A stretch of DNA of 64,000 nt, taken from the NCBI GenBank assembly GCA_977017575.1, contig CDRNVI010000023.1, positions 1 through 64,000 on the forward strand, in the 5' to 3' direction. Position 1 is the first letter of the stretch; each line of letters starts with the position of its first letter. Shown here piece by piece: positions 23,101 to 32,624 of the stretch. The notes beneath the pieces are model-generated. The model made no database searches, was not told the origin of the DNA, and saw nothing but the letters and a program-made list of their open reading frames with translations. Made by a program: the position numbers and the translations under genes. This DNA is from Paramoeba atlantica. Taxonomy: Eukaryota; Protista; Discosea.

Positions 23101-26100
23101 AATTTGGACAGCGCGTATTTCGTTTTAACCAGAACCCTGACATGCATCACATTTTGGTCAACGAATCGAAAGGAACTTTATCACTCTCAATGATACAACG
23201 TCTTCGAACTCTCCAAGAAGAGATATACGGTGCAAATGGCGATCCACGGCCAATGATACGAGCAGCCCGCCTGTATGCGTTAGACAAAAATGGGGAGATA
23301 TTCATTACCTATCTGTTGAACATTTTCTCCAATAATATTGACCCGTCGAGCTATCCGTCCTGTGTTGTTAATGCGAGTTTAAGAACTGGCTCTCCCATGC
23401 CACCAATCGACCATTTTAAGGCGTATATGGACGAATCGAATCAGGATGCTTCCGACGAAATACATATTCGGAAGCCATATGATTTGGTCTCAACACTGAA
23501 TGAAGCTTATGCCACCCAAAACAATTTATCACGCGTACGAGCGAACCGCACTTCTTCATTTTTTCATCCCACAATTTCGAGTTTGAGCATACTGAAAGGA
23601 TTTCTTTATTTTTTTGACTACTTTGCACCTACTCGTGAACTCAGAGTGAAAGACTCCCTCACACCAAAGGTGTCTGAAACTGCCATACGTGCGTGGAGTA
23701 TTGCGATTCATTTATTGAAACCTTGCGGCGTTATGCACATTTATTCGGTGGCCCCAGAATTACCTAAAGCTTTACGAGTTGTTTGTGGCATTATTTTTGC
23801 TTCTATTTATGGCTTAGCTACGGAGGAAAAAAACTTTTTTCTAGATGTGCCGAATACAATGCGCCCACTTCTCGATTGGTTAGAAAATTTAGCTTATCCA
23901 TACTTGCGAGGCGCGATACCACTAGGGAAAACGCGTCAATTACTTACCGAGAAGAGTTTTCGTTGCATGACCCAATTTAGTCGGTGCCTTTCAGAGTTAT
24001 CCAATCACTCTATCACGGAGTGTCTCACATTATGGAATATTTTACACAAAGAGCTTCGTCACGAAGCCATCGATGGGCTAGAAAAATTGAATGAATTGGG
24101 CGATGGTCTTGCCTTATATCTTTTTCCAAAGCTGGGAATATCTACTACTGCAATTGCTTTGACAGAGAAAATGCGTAACACGGCAGAAATGGCGACTATT
24201 TCATTTATACCCTATGGTGCTTGTTGCGACAGAGCTTTGCATATACCGGACATACACCTTAATTCCCAATCAACGATGCGGACAAGTGAGTGCGATTCGG
24301 TATTTTGTGACTTTTACTCTTGGTGCAATTCAATGAATCACTGGTCCGACTTAAAAGTACAACATCGAATTTCTCCTTCTCTATGGGTCACGGTAGCCGA
24401 GTCCTTTTTCTTGAGCGTAACTGAAGGCCAGAAGATCTCTATGGGTGCATTCAGCTCCTTTTTAAAGACAGTTAATTCCTTAGAAAAACTGTCAACCAAC
24501 AAGGACGTCGATGTACTTCGAAATTGTTTGTTGAATCTCTCGATTCCAGATATTGGTGATGTGACTCATTTTCTGACACACAGGGCTTTCTGTGGCCTTG
24601 TGGACGACCTCTTTGAAGCTAACAAAAACCAGAAGAAAGATACAGAAGCTGTTCCCGAAAAAGACTTCTCTTCTTGGAGAGATTACATTCTTGACATGCA
24701 TGGAATTGATTCTCCTCAATTCTTTGAATCGTTGTGCTTTACTCTAATCGTTTTCGGCTATTTACTCAGCTGGTGTTATGCCTTACCGTCTGTAGTGGGC
24801 AAGTTCGTGAAGTACGAAATGCATATCACACGCACACAACTGGCTTTAGATCAATGGTCATTACTAGAAGAATCAATTGGCTCGGTATTAGTACCCCCGC
24901 CGTGTCTCGAACTGTCTTTGATTTCTGATCTCGTGGACCTTCAGAAGGATCAATATCGTAGAGACTTGACGAAATACCGCTCGAAGCAGCTGAAACATGT
25001 TAAATTCAATTTCTTGGAACAACTCTATGGTGTGATGCTTAATGGAATGGCTCACATGCTCGAATCTGTGACTCCTGCGATTAGCGTTTTGCATCGTTGT
25101 TTGAGTGACACGAAGCACTCCATTATTACCACAAAAGAATTTGATTACATGCGCCAGCAGGCGGGAGGTATCCTCGATGTACTTGATAACGAGTCGTTGT
25201 TGAGCCATCCGTCAACACGATATTTTGCTGCTGGCATTCGTTTGATAAGTCATGCAGGAAAGGTACTTGTTGACCGAAACGAATCATTGCTTGGCGTCAC
25301 TGCGTTTCCCATATTCAAGAATCTGGTTTCCTTCCCGATTGCCTCTCACGGAAATCTTTCCAATACCCTTGAAACAGCGATTCGTCAAATCATCGAAAAG
25401 AATCAGTCTATAAATGCGATTTGGATAGGACTGCAAACAATCGCGACGTTCATAGAGCGAACTTATTTGTGTCAACAGCCGGGGCACGACGGAAAAGAGC
25501 TGATTTCTCTTCTAAACATGTACTCAAACTTTTGGATACAAATGAAAAATACGGACATTGGTGAAAAGTTAACGAGTGGAATTGAACTTCGATACTACGG
25601 CGGTAAACAGGTTGATATCGACTCGACGACGTACGATTCGGAAACGCTTTTGGAGAAGATATTTCCTAGTTTCCATTCGGATATTGAGTTTGAATTGCAG
25701 ACTCGAAAGGAATCGGAGGAAGACAACTATGCAATATTTAATGATGCGTTTCTCGTGCGTGACTTTCAAGAAAGGCTCCGAATGGACATGAAGAAAACAA
25801 GATCAAAGTTGGGATCAGGTCTCAGACTTCCTGATTTTCCACGCAAGGTACTACTTACGTACATTGAATCAATGCGAAGAAAATCCTACCATCTTAAGGT
25901 TCCAGAGTATGCTTCTCGTGTGCTTCACACTAATTTTGACAACCATCCCACAATTTTACCCAAAACAGAAATTTTTGAAATGGCTCATGACATCTGGAAG
26001 ACAGGATTTCAATGTGGACTTCAATGGAAGCATTGTACGAAATCTGAGAACGTGTCACTAAATGAAGGGAACATGTCTGGAATTCTTGCCGGATTGCTCG

Positions 26101-29100
26101 AAGCTTCTCATACAGTCCTAGATCCCACTGTGCGAAATCCCTTTACATCGCGTGACAATTCCAAACATAAGATTGACAAGATATTTAGCCTGGAGGAACC
26201 CAACCCAGTGGAGATTGTTCACATTACGAAAGAGGTTTTGACTCCCTTGCGTTCTAAGCTTCAAGAAACTATTTTGATGGATTCAGATGACGAAGCCTTG
26301 TTGAGAGTAAATAGGTTTATAAATCATATTTTCGAAATGCCGCCACTCACGACACCCGTTCTGAAATTTGTCAATACATTTGAGGTCTTACTAAAGGACT
26401 ATTTCGAGTGGAGCGGAGCTCGCACAAAGAATGAAATCAGTGTACTAGACGAGCATTTCAAAGCCTTGAAAAAGGTTGTGTCCTCCATGAGACAACGAGA
26501 ACTACACAATTATGAGGCAATGTTTGTCCAAATGCGCCTATATGAGGAAAGAAATGCATCTCTTGAGTTTCCTGTGATACGCGCACGAATTGTTCAACAC
26601 GGACAGGATCTTCCAGAAGATTTATCCTCTACGAAGGAAATGTACTTCTACTTACGGGAATTTCTTCTAGGTGCCCCTATTGGAGAGCTTTCGATACGAA
26701 TTTCCTTACTCCACGCTGTGAGTTCAGAAATATCTATGATGAAGGAAGAAAACGTATTTTGCCACGCTAGTATCCCAGTGAATGACCGTTTCCTCCAATT
26801 TGCATCTATGATCGAAAACACGGTTCACTACGTGCAGGGGTACCAAAGCCATATTGAGAAACTGCTTTCAGAATCCTACGCCAGGCGCAAGGCTGAGATT
26901 CGCAGTTTCGCGTACGGTATAGTCTGGAAGGACGATTCTTTTCATGCCCTTCGAGACTGCACGCAAAAGTCTCAGGCAGCACTCGGTCGCGCACTACACG
27001 AATTCAACACCCTCTTACATCAGCCCGTAGAAACTCAAACGGCGGTTTCCATGGACTTTTCACATGATACGTCGGTGGCGTCTATGTGGTCGACTCTGCG
27101 TTTGTCAGCAGAGGCTGCGTTTAATAAAGATTTGGAAAGCGTTAGCCCAAATCTTGAAGAAGCAGGTTTTTCATCAGTACAGACCAATGTGTCTCACATT
27201 TTGGAAATCCTAGAGGAATGCGGGGGATCGCTATTTATGGAAAAGCAGCTGGTACAGAAACAAAGACTGCTCAAAGACTTAGTACTGCAAATGAGCGAAG
27301 CAGAAATTGACTTTGTTGCACAAAGCCACACTGATTATCGTTTTAGAGAACCATGGATACTGTTTTCGCAAACTCCTTCCACACGAAATTTCCAACATTT
27401 ATGTCTAGAACCAGAGAAAACATGCAGCACTCTGTGGTACTCGACATACGATATTCTTTTACGAACTATAGATGTTGAAGAGTCAGGATTTCAACGCGAT
27501 GTTTCAACGAGTCAACTAAGGAAAATTACAAATATTTCTAGGACGATTTTCACATGTGCAACTCTACAACGTCATTCTATTGAATCTTTGTGCACTGCAA
27601 TATGCTATTTTCTAAATGGGAGGAACAGTGTGTCTGAGGAGAGCACCAATACCCGAAACATGACAAGTCTCATTGACGATCTTTACAACTCAATTTGGCG
27701 ACTGCATTGTACATTAATACAAATGACCAGCTACGAAAGTAGAGAGTGGGTGGTTTTATCTTCTGAAGCTTCCATGTACAAAATATGTTCCAATGTGGAG
27801 GTGATCCTCCGTAACCTACCGTGTAGCAATGCGGAATCTGTACAAAAGTGGTTGGAAGAGGTCCTGAAGGTGAAAAGTGCTCTGACAGAATACTTATCAT
27901 ACGCCAAATCTTCGCAAAAGAGTGATCTCTTGCCCTACGAAAATTGCATCAATTCATTGAGCTTTCATCTTGGTGACATAGCGGAACTAAGCGGAAAGCT
28001 TCAGAATTTTTTTGACTCATCAGGGGGAGCATACTTGCGTCAGACATGTTTAAAACACCAGAAAAAGAAATTGCAAAAGAGAGCACGCGAAGATGCTTCC
28101 GTGGTAGAACACGAATTGAAACTTCCAACTCGCGCTTTCGACCTGCACACCTATATACTAGAATATACAAAACTTACGTTTCTGGAGTGCACAGAATGCA
28201 TGTGTGAGAAAAAGAATCGATGGCTGCGCTCAGCACACAGCTTAGTACTTCAGTCCCTTCCAATTCATCACAAAACACTCAAAATAGCATTATTTTGGTC
28301 TACTCTGGCACTGCGCTTGGGAACTGCTGGACTTTCTCCAACCACTACTTCAGACACTCAAGAGAATTCAGAGATAGAAAATATGGATGTCCAAGATGGG
28401 ACTGGTATGGGTTCCGGTGAGGGTAAAAAGGATGTTACCCAAGAACTTGAAAACGAAGATCAGTTTTTGACTTCTGAGGACATGAAAAATGAATCTGGCG
28501 AAAAACCTGAGAAGCAAGATCGTGATGACGAACAGAAGCCAATAGATGCGACCACAAATTTTGAACAGGAATATGAATCTTTGAATGAAGATTCGGAAAA
28601 CAGCAGTGAGCAGAATAGCGATATTGAGAACGAATTTGGTCAGTCGGGTAATAACACTACTAATAAAGATCAAATAAATTCTGACGAGGGAGGGGCGTCA
28701 GAGAATGAATCTTTAGCTGGCTCGGAAGAGAAACAAAAGGAGGATTCCTCTACTGGTCCAATGCAGTCCGAGAAAGATGGGAATAACGAAGATATGGATA
28801 TTTCCGATTTTCATAAGGAAAAGGATGATGGTTTCATTTCGCAAGATGAAGAGGCTCAATCGGGATCTGAGTCTGGTAGAGCTAAATCTTTAGAAAATGA
28901 AGCATTTTCGTCACTATCAGAAGATGGTGCTTCTGAGGACGTTATGCAAGAAAACTCGGAGATGAGTTGCGACGACGAAAGCGATCGCGACGAAAAATCA
29001 GAAGATGCTACTTGTGGGCAGAACTTGGACTCCGAGATGGAAGGCTCTCATGATGATACGGATGAGCAAGACGATGTGTCGTCTCGACCAACCGACTTGA

Positions 29101-30689
29101 CACACGAAACTCCTCCTAGTGATCGAACTCAGGGGCTAGGGTCAAGTTCCACCACAAACGGCTCTTCCACTTCTGGAGCAAAGGATACACTTGAGAACAA
29201 TCAAGAAAATAACGCACACTCACTTCCTGAGCAAACAAATATTACTTCTGACATGCCTCAAGAATCTTTAGATGGCACGGAAAATGTTGATTTTGCACAA
29301 GATAACACAGGGGGTAGTTATGGGGCTGTTTCTCGGCTGGACGGACAGAAGAAAACAGAAAACAGCTCTGATTCCCGCAAGCAAAATTTCCCGAAGGGCG
29401 ATAAGGCCCTACCGCGATTGGAGCCAACTAGTATACCGCACGTAGATATACTTCCGGAATTGATCAAAGTCGAAGCTCAGGACGCTGCGAAGCATGAAAA
29501 CACAGCAGACGCACATGTGCTTGCGGAGGAAACTAATATAAATGCAAAATTAGGAGCCGCAGCTATTCAATCGCAAGTTCAGTGTGAGAAGCTAGAAGAA
29601 ACCTTGCGTGATGTGGAACGTCAGGTTAAAGACATGGATCCAGGAATACAGAAATCTGTAGAGGAGAAAGAAAACGAGTCTAAATTGAACACCAACGTTC
29701 GTGGGATTCATTCTGCGGGTCGCAAAGTTCTTGATGCCGCTGATGCCTTGCCCGACGAGAAAAGTGCTAACAGTGCAGACGTGTCGCCTGGTGATCTGTG
29801 GTCTACACTGCTACAGGAAAGCGCCCCGCTTAGCACTCACTTGTGCGAACAACTACGCTGCGTACTGCAACCGACGAAAGTGGACAGGCTTCAGGGTGAC
29901 TACAAAACAGGCAAACGACTTAACATACGGAGGCTAATTCCCTATTTTGCATCCCACTACCGACGAGATAAAATATGGCTACGTCGTACACTGCCTTCAA
30001 AAAGACAGTACCAGATTGCTTTGGCAGTAGACGACAGCTACAGTATGCAAGCGAATCGAGTCACACGAGAGAGTCTATCTTGTGTGGCGCTACTCGCACA
30101 GGCGCTCCACCGGCTCGAGGTTGGGGAACTCGCTGTCCTAGCTTTGGGACACGACCTCACCGTTTGCCACTCCTTTGAAAGTCCATTCTACTTGGAAACT
30201 ACCGGGGTGGAGTGCCTGCGTAAGCTTACCTTTGCACAACGTCGCACGCGCTTCAAAACATTTTTAGAGCAGACGCTGGACTACATGGATTACCACCGTG
30301 CCCGAAGCGCGACACAAACTTCACGAGGATCGAGTCGCATAGTCCAGTTGCTGTTTATCCTATCCGACGGTCAAATTACTGAGGACCGTTCCGCGATTCG
30401 GGAGCTTCAATGTAGGGCACAATCCAATGAGCAAATCATTGTGCTATTAATACTTGACGCCCCTCCATCTCCAAGCCAATCCGAAGCTACGGGTGAAACC
30501 CCCGCTTCACGTGCTTCCGTTCTTGATATGGAAACCGTCGAGTTTACCCCGGAAGGAGGAGTACGCAGGCAACCCTATTTGGAAGACTTCCCATTTGCTC
30601 ACTATCTTGTCGTGCGGGATATGAGCCACATTCCCGTTATTTTATCCCAGATCATTAAACAGTGGTTTGATGCAGCAACACAGTATTAA
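17103..30689 (+). CDS. MDN1: Midasin (Rea1/MDN1) AAA+ ribosome-biogenesis factor
   Basis: 4528 aa with six AAA modules (GPAGCGKT, GESGVGKT, GPTSTGKT, GDTGTGKT, GAAGTGKT, GGPSSGKS; LLDEINLA-type Walker B), a long linker, a D/E-rich region and a C-terminal MIDAS/VWA domain (DDSYSM, ILSDG). Confidence 0.95.
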   Translation: MTSRPPPPSPSSPTPTHPPPPLTPPFIPTPTVTSNLSLLHSALCASRIILLYGPAGCGKTQSIFSFLSSSSLPPSLMPSQIRSALLDETSEARDLIGGYQCSEVPGQLHWAPGPLPHAMKNGEWLLMEDIDLVSYDILTLLAGIEDNTQGYYLSDVEEWVPIADSFRVIATTTQDWRTQRGGRGVKKGVSEEMTNAGQGNPNVVPEVWHGRPRAQLHVVPWCPVRFQSIPWDEMETIVQQQFSARLGNALVRDLLIKPVHCLVHQLRACNVMCSPLRQLLKVCARVYHAAELPSLTRQERYVPSRCRECVFRHLTDVFVAAIPAMKDRLCVSRSLCEILGLDVRKAEDILLREVPEVTYHSENGSKRVRIGCCSLPVGQKSLCALSREVPDYAPCPSLIRLFERLASCVRAGEAVLLSGESGVGKTYAVQLLSQLCGQDRFNVCNVNHQTETSDLLGGWKPKSAFEMMQSLYEEFDKCFTQTFNAERNRSYLEATQRTFQKAANNTDDYGLRKKFFHVLRKGCHIGLKHNQVLWSSISNKVFSLVEQMEAGTPPAFFSYHDGALQENKKNGGWLLLDEINLAPTEVLDRIATTLDVDNDNTHPEFRLFACMNPPTDAGKKALPQSLLSRFTEIYVDEPKEAEELLILVKHFLRNLPQAPSPEKIVLLYLELCSNTHSLSDVGFAFEKPCYNLRTLCRALRYAAGQAAVYGIQTAFMDGFLMTFATQVIPPRDLQVRQMIQNALFPNFKNQKMNVRHHPEKVLVGGYLLPRGPLPVNTRDDFVCTETVMRHLASLSRCVIANKAVLLQGPTSTGKTTLVRYLSEATGHSFIRINNHNATELSEYLGQYSQTESGSLRFVEGPLISAVRTGAWLVLDELNLASSEVLEALNRLLDDNRELVHPERTEVLIPHAHFRLFATQNPCGQMGYSGRKALSRAFRSRFLEIHVGEMTSSDLVQMLTQPHFALPENFVRRMIAVMEDLQRARSESHVLAGRFGFLTPRDLFRWAKRRPGTLQELAWHGMVLFGDRCRTETEREFVRSTLQRRCRPSHNSLRERNVYLEKNNGSPNSYFDLSDAALYDWNNWEVLRPHKESIEALPLGLTTSMRRILVLIGLCVLYRESILLVGDTGTGKTTACQAWCEILQRHLFTVNCHQNSDTFDLIGGLYPTHMEELQSGAESHRSESSTGNLNTSHPRFRWCDGPVTRAMRTGSMVLLDEINLAEQNVIERLNSVLDDSRSLILSERGYADATQPVAAHHDFLVMATMNPGGDFGKKELSDALKNRFTEIFVPPMTCPEDLDLAVKNILPDAALRDAFLQATWHDDIHQRPNMRDLMNFAKFISKSISLGISETESLHHGKVVFLKEEESSDDKLFWELSSALKVPQLPSSKKQQYVFDTPTTLKNLSNIMRAMLLPERAVLLEGAAGTGKTSLVETLSLSLTGRPVVRINLGEQTELSDLIGSFVPGRGEVTWCEGLLLQAVRNGTWILLDELNLASQTVLEGLNSLLDHRRSLFLPESCTSVSAHPEFRIFASQNPLQDGGGRKGLPRSFLSRFSIVQVQPLSSQDLWRVAESRNQHSGNFLPHVVVKFMAEVISRFHTLSNTRSSDPHRSGLLSHASPVENMSLMEFNVRDLFRWMDLLIASLFPSKDRLKSACFTFSQDGHVTDIVHHIIHTAYCVLLQRLCTYESYSMYRESFFVAARMPDFVAWVSEHRTENGTLISQNSNEQWLSHTIDLCLRCARESALWEFHNGVVSHNRCFFSISNAKTSNNSALNGTTSVSTFVTPAQTTCKISPSLYLLSSQSPVLRTLIWCLQAGLHPVCLCGGPSSGKSTLVHIAARMCGAKLTQMHFTAGCDTAELLGGFHPTQEMGSRKSGFAWKDSLFLRAVQEGHWFLFENANLCSPTVLDRLNSLLEHGGRLIVNEQGVVDGKPCEIYPHQNFKLIMTMDPRNGILSRAMRNRSIEIFIPSIMTVEHEKVELKHPIDKNYGNIDPTEAHYTRESQFGQRVFRFNQNPDMHHILVNESKGTLSLSMIQRLRTLQEEIYGANGDPRPMIRAARLYALDKNGEIFITYLLNIFSNNIDPSSYPSCVVNASLRTGSPMPPIDHFKAYMDESNQDASDEIHIRKPYDLVSTLNEAYATQNNLSRVRANRTSSFFHPTISSLSILKGFLYFFDYFAPTRELRVKDSLTPKVSETAIRAWSIAIHLLKPCGVMHIYSVAPELPKALRVVCGIIFASIYGLATEEKNFFLDVPNTMRPLLDWLENLAYPYLRGAIPLGKTRQLLTEKSFRCMTQFSRCLSELSNHSITECLTLWNILHKELRHEAIDGLEKLNELGDGLALYLFPKLGISTTAIALTEKMRNTAEMATISFIPYGACCDRALHIPDIHLNSQSTMRTSECDSVFCDFYSWCNSMNHWSDLKVQHRISPSLWVTVAESFFLSVTEGQKISMGAFSSFLKTVNSLEKLSTNKDVDVLRNCLLNLSIPDIGDVTHFLTHRAFCGLVDDLFEANKNQKKDTEAVPEKDFSSWRDYILDMHGIDSPQFFESLCFTLIVFGYLLSWCYALPSVVGKFVKYEMHITRTQLALDQWSLLEESIGSVLVPPPCLELSLISDLVDLQKDQYRRDLTKYRSKQLKHVKFNFLEQLYGVMLNGMAHMLESVTPAISVLHRCLSDTKHSIITTKEFDYMRQQAGGILDVLDNESLLSHPSTRYFAAGIRLISHAGKVLVDRNESLLGVTAFPIFKNLVSFPIASHGNLSNTLETAIRQIIEKNQSINAIWIGLQTIATFIERTYLCQQPGHDGKELISLLNMYSNFWIQMKNTDIGEKLTSGIELRYYGGKQVDIDSTTYDSETLLEKIFPSFHSDIEFELQTRKESEEDNYAIFNDAFLVRDFQERLRMDMKKTRSKLGSGLRLPDFPRKVLLTYIESMRRKSYHLKVPEYASRVLHTNFDNHPTILPKTEIFEMAHDIWKTGFQCGLQWKHCTKSENVSLNEGNMSGILAGLLEASHTVLDPTVRNPFTSRDNSKHKIDKIFSLEEPNPVEIVHITKEVLTPLRSKLQETILMDSDDEALLRVNRFINHIFEMPPLTTPVLKFVNTFEVLLKDYFEWSGARTKNEISVLDEHFKALKKVVSSMRQRELHNYEAMFVQMRLYEERNASLEFPVIRARIVQHGQDLPEDLSSTKEMYFYLREFLLGAPIGELSIRISLLHAVSSEISMMKEENVFCHASIPVNDRFLQFASMIENTVHYVQGYQSHIEKLLSESYARRKAEIRSFAYGIVWKDDSFHALRDCTQKSQAALGRALHEFNTLLHQPVETQTAVSMDFSHDTSVASMWSTLRLSAEAAFNKDLESVSPNLEEAGFSSVQTNVSHILEILEECGGSLFMEKQLVQKQRLLKDLVLQMSEAEIDFVAQSHTDYRFREPWILFSQTPSTRNFQHLCLEPEKTCSTLWYSTYDILLRTIDVEESGFQRDVSTSQLRKITNISRTIFTCATLQRHSIESLCTAICYFLNGRNSVSEESTNTRNMTSLIDDLYNSIWRLHCTLIQMTSYESREWVVLSSEASMYKICSNVEVILRNLPCSNAESVQKWLEEVLKVKSALTEYLSYAKSSQKSDLLPYENCINSLSFHLGDIAELSGKLQNFFDSSGGAYLRQTCLKHQKKKLQKRAREDASVVEHELKLPTRAFDLHTYILEYTKLTFLECTECMCEKKNRWLRSAHSLVLQSLPIHHKTLKIALFWSTLALRLGTAGLSPTTTSDTQENSEIENMDVQDGTGMGSGEGKKDVTQELENEDQFLTSEDMKNESGEKPEKQDRDDEQKPIDATTNFEQEYESLNEDSENSSEQNSDIENEFGQSGNNTTNKDQINSDEGGASENESLAGSEEKQKEDSSTGPMQSEKDGNNEDMDISDFHKEKDDGFISQDEEAQSGSESGRAKSLENEAFSSLSEDGASEDVMQENSEMSCDDESDRDEKSEDATCGQNLDSEMEGSHDDTDEQDDVSSRPTDLTHETPPSDRTQGLGSSSTTNGSSTSGAKDTLENNQENNAHSLPEQTNITSDMPQESLDGTENVDFAQDNTGGSYGAVSRLDGQKKTENSSDSRKQNFPKGDKALPRLEPTSIPHVDILPELIKVEAQDAAKHENTADAHVLAEETNINAKLGAAAIQSQVQCEKLEETLRDVERQVKDMDPGIQKSVEEKENESKLNTNVRGIHSAGRKVLDAADALPDEKSANSADVSPGDLWSTLLQESAPLSTHLCEQLRCVLQPTKVDRLQGDYKTGKRLNIRRLIPYFASHYRRDKIWLRRTLPSKRQYQIALAVDDSYSMQANRVTRESLSCVALLAQALHRLEVGELAVLALGHDLTVCHSFESPFYLETTGVECLRKLTFAQRRTRFKTFLEQTLDYMDYHRARSATQTSRGSSRIVQLLFILSDGQITEDRSAIRELQCRAQSNEQIIVLLILDAPPSPSQSEATGETPASRASVLDMETVEFTPEGGVRRQPYLEDFPFAHYLVVRDMSHIPVILSQIIKQWFDAATQY

Positions 30690-30896
30690 ACCCGCTTACA
30701 GGGCAGTAAATCGTCAGAACGATGATTCTTGCTTGCTATTTTAACGCACGCGAAAACGAGATGTTTTTTACCCCTCATTTTTTAAGTTTTATATTTTCTT
30801 TGTACTTATGCTTTATCTGTGTACATCTTGTTCCTACCTTTCCTTTCCTATCACCCACGAACCCCCAAAACACGGTTTCCCTACCTTCCTAACCCC

Positions 30897-31715
30897 ATGC
30901 TCCGGGCCATCCCACGACTTTACCCCACCCGTCAAAAAAAAACCACCCCACGCACACAACCCCCCCTCCCCCCCTCTCCCCCCCACTCCCCCACCCCACG
31001 CAAAAAAAAACCAAAAAACCCGACCAACCCCCCAACCCCCTCCCTAGTCTCCGTCCCCACCTCCCCCCCACGCTCACCCCCCCCACGTAAAAAATCCACC
31101 AAAAAACCGACCAACCCCCCAACCCCCTCTCCTCCTCCCTCCACCTCCACCGCCCTCTCCCCCCACAGTGGTCCCCCCACCTTCCTCTCCCCCCCTCCCC
31201 CCATCCCCCCGTTCCGCGCCTCCCACCCCACTACCCCCCGAGCCCCCTCCCCCCCCCGCGGCGAGCTCGCCTACGCCCCGCCCCCCCCCGCCCCCGCCTC
31301 CGCCCGGTTCGGGTACCACGTCGTCCGGGTCCCCGCCCCCCAGAACTACTGGAGGGCCTTCCGGCGACGCCCCACCCTCTCCCTCCGCTACCTGCTCACC
31401 CAGTGCGCCTTCCTCCTGGGGCTGTGCAAGCTGGTGGAGCTCCTGCTGCGGGAGATCCACGCCGCGGAGGAGGAGCGCGCGACCGGGGGGCGCCACGGGC
31501 TCCCGATGGCCGCGGGGGGGCTGGGGAAGGCCCCGGTGCCGTGGAGGGAGAGGGGGGTGTGTGAGGATGAGGGGGGGGGACGGGCGGAGAGGATGGCGTT
31601 GGAGGGACAGAGACGGTTTGTGGAGGGGGGGGAGATGAAGGCGATGGAGAATTACCCGATGGTGAAGATTCCGCGGCCGAAACAGCTCACGTTTGATGAT
31701 GTGAGGAGGCGGTGA
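30897..31715 (+). CDS. Hypothetical protein, possible mitochondrial membrane protein
   Basis: MLRAIPRLYPTR presequence-like start, Pro-rich tract, one hydrophobic helix (YLLTQCAFLLGLCKLV) and an ordered C-terminus (ENYPMVKIPRPKQLTFDDVRRR). Lies on the + strand like all its neighbours. Confidence 0.5.
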   Translation: MLRAIPRLYPTRQKKTTPRTQPPLPPSPPHSPTPRKKKPKNPTNPPTPSLVSVPTSPPRSPPPRKKSTKKPTNPPTPSPPPSTSTALSPHSGPPTFLSPPPPIPPFRASHPTTPRAPSPPRGELAYAPPPPAPASARFGYHVVRVPAPQNYWRAFRRRPTLSLRYLLTQCAFLLGLCKLVELLLREIHAAEEERATGGRHGLPMAAGGLGKAPVPWRERGVCEDEGGGRAERMALEGQRRFVEGGEMKAMENYPMVKIPRPKQLTFDDVRRR

Positions 31716-32624
31716 GCGGGGGGGTGAAGATTGGGGTGACGTTCCTGTCCTCCACCTGTGGGTACAGGGGTGCGAGACTTGTTGATCAGGATACCAATTT
31801 GGATCATCTTCCGAATCAGACGTTGCGTATTCCGGTAACGTGGAAGAAATGTAATATTCCTACCCCGACATGTCCTCTGTGCACAGATAATCAGAGTCGC
31901 TGAAGTGACTACTGACTTCAGGGGTCACCACTTCATGTGAAGAAAGAGGTGGAGATATCGCCCTCGGCCTTTCAGATGGATATGACATGCTGACATAAAA
32001 AATTGTCGGAAACAGTGAAGTTTTCAGGGGTTAAAAAAATAATTGCGTTTCAGGGGCATAGCTTTGCGGTTAGCCTTTCCCTGTTCGTCATTGTAGAATG
32101 GTTTAGTAGATAATCAGAAGGCATCTATTCAGCATGTGTGAATAGGCATCTATTCTCACGTATGAAGTTGATGATCCAATAGTATCTCGCCAGAGGTATG
32201 CGTAGGATTCCGGATACGTGTACCAAGCGAGAGCGTAGAGTTTCGTAAAGCGGTACGGAACATTCAGTTGTAACGTGTCTGATATTTTCTGAATGAAAGG
32301 TCCTTTTGTACGATGCCCTGGTACGCCCCCCGCTGTTAGCGTTGCTTTTGAAGAGAATGCATCCTGCAGCAAAGCGGCATTTTTTTTTATTTAGTTTTTG
32401 TGGCATCAGATTCATGCAGCAATAAAAATTTCTTATTGTATCTTAGGAAGTATCATCTCGAAATAACTAGGCTCTACGACAACTAGACCCCACTTTATGA
32501 AATTACCTTTCTTTTTAGTTTGAACGTGAAACGTCGTGCGTTGGAAAAGAAAGAAATCATGGGTGGACAAGAATCTTCTAGTGGTTAAAGACCTTTATTT
32601 GGCCGTTTCGTTGTACTTTCTTCC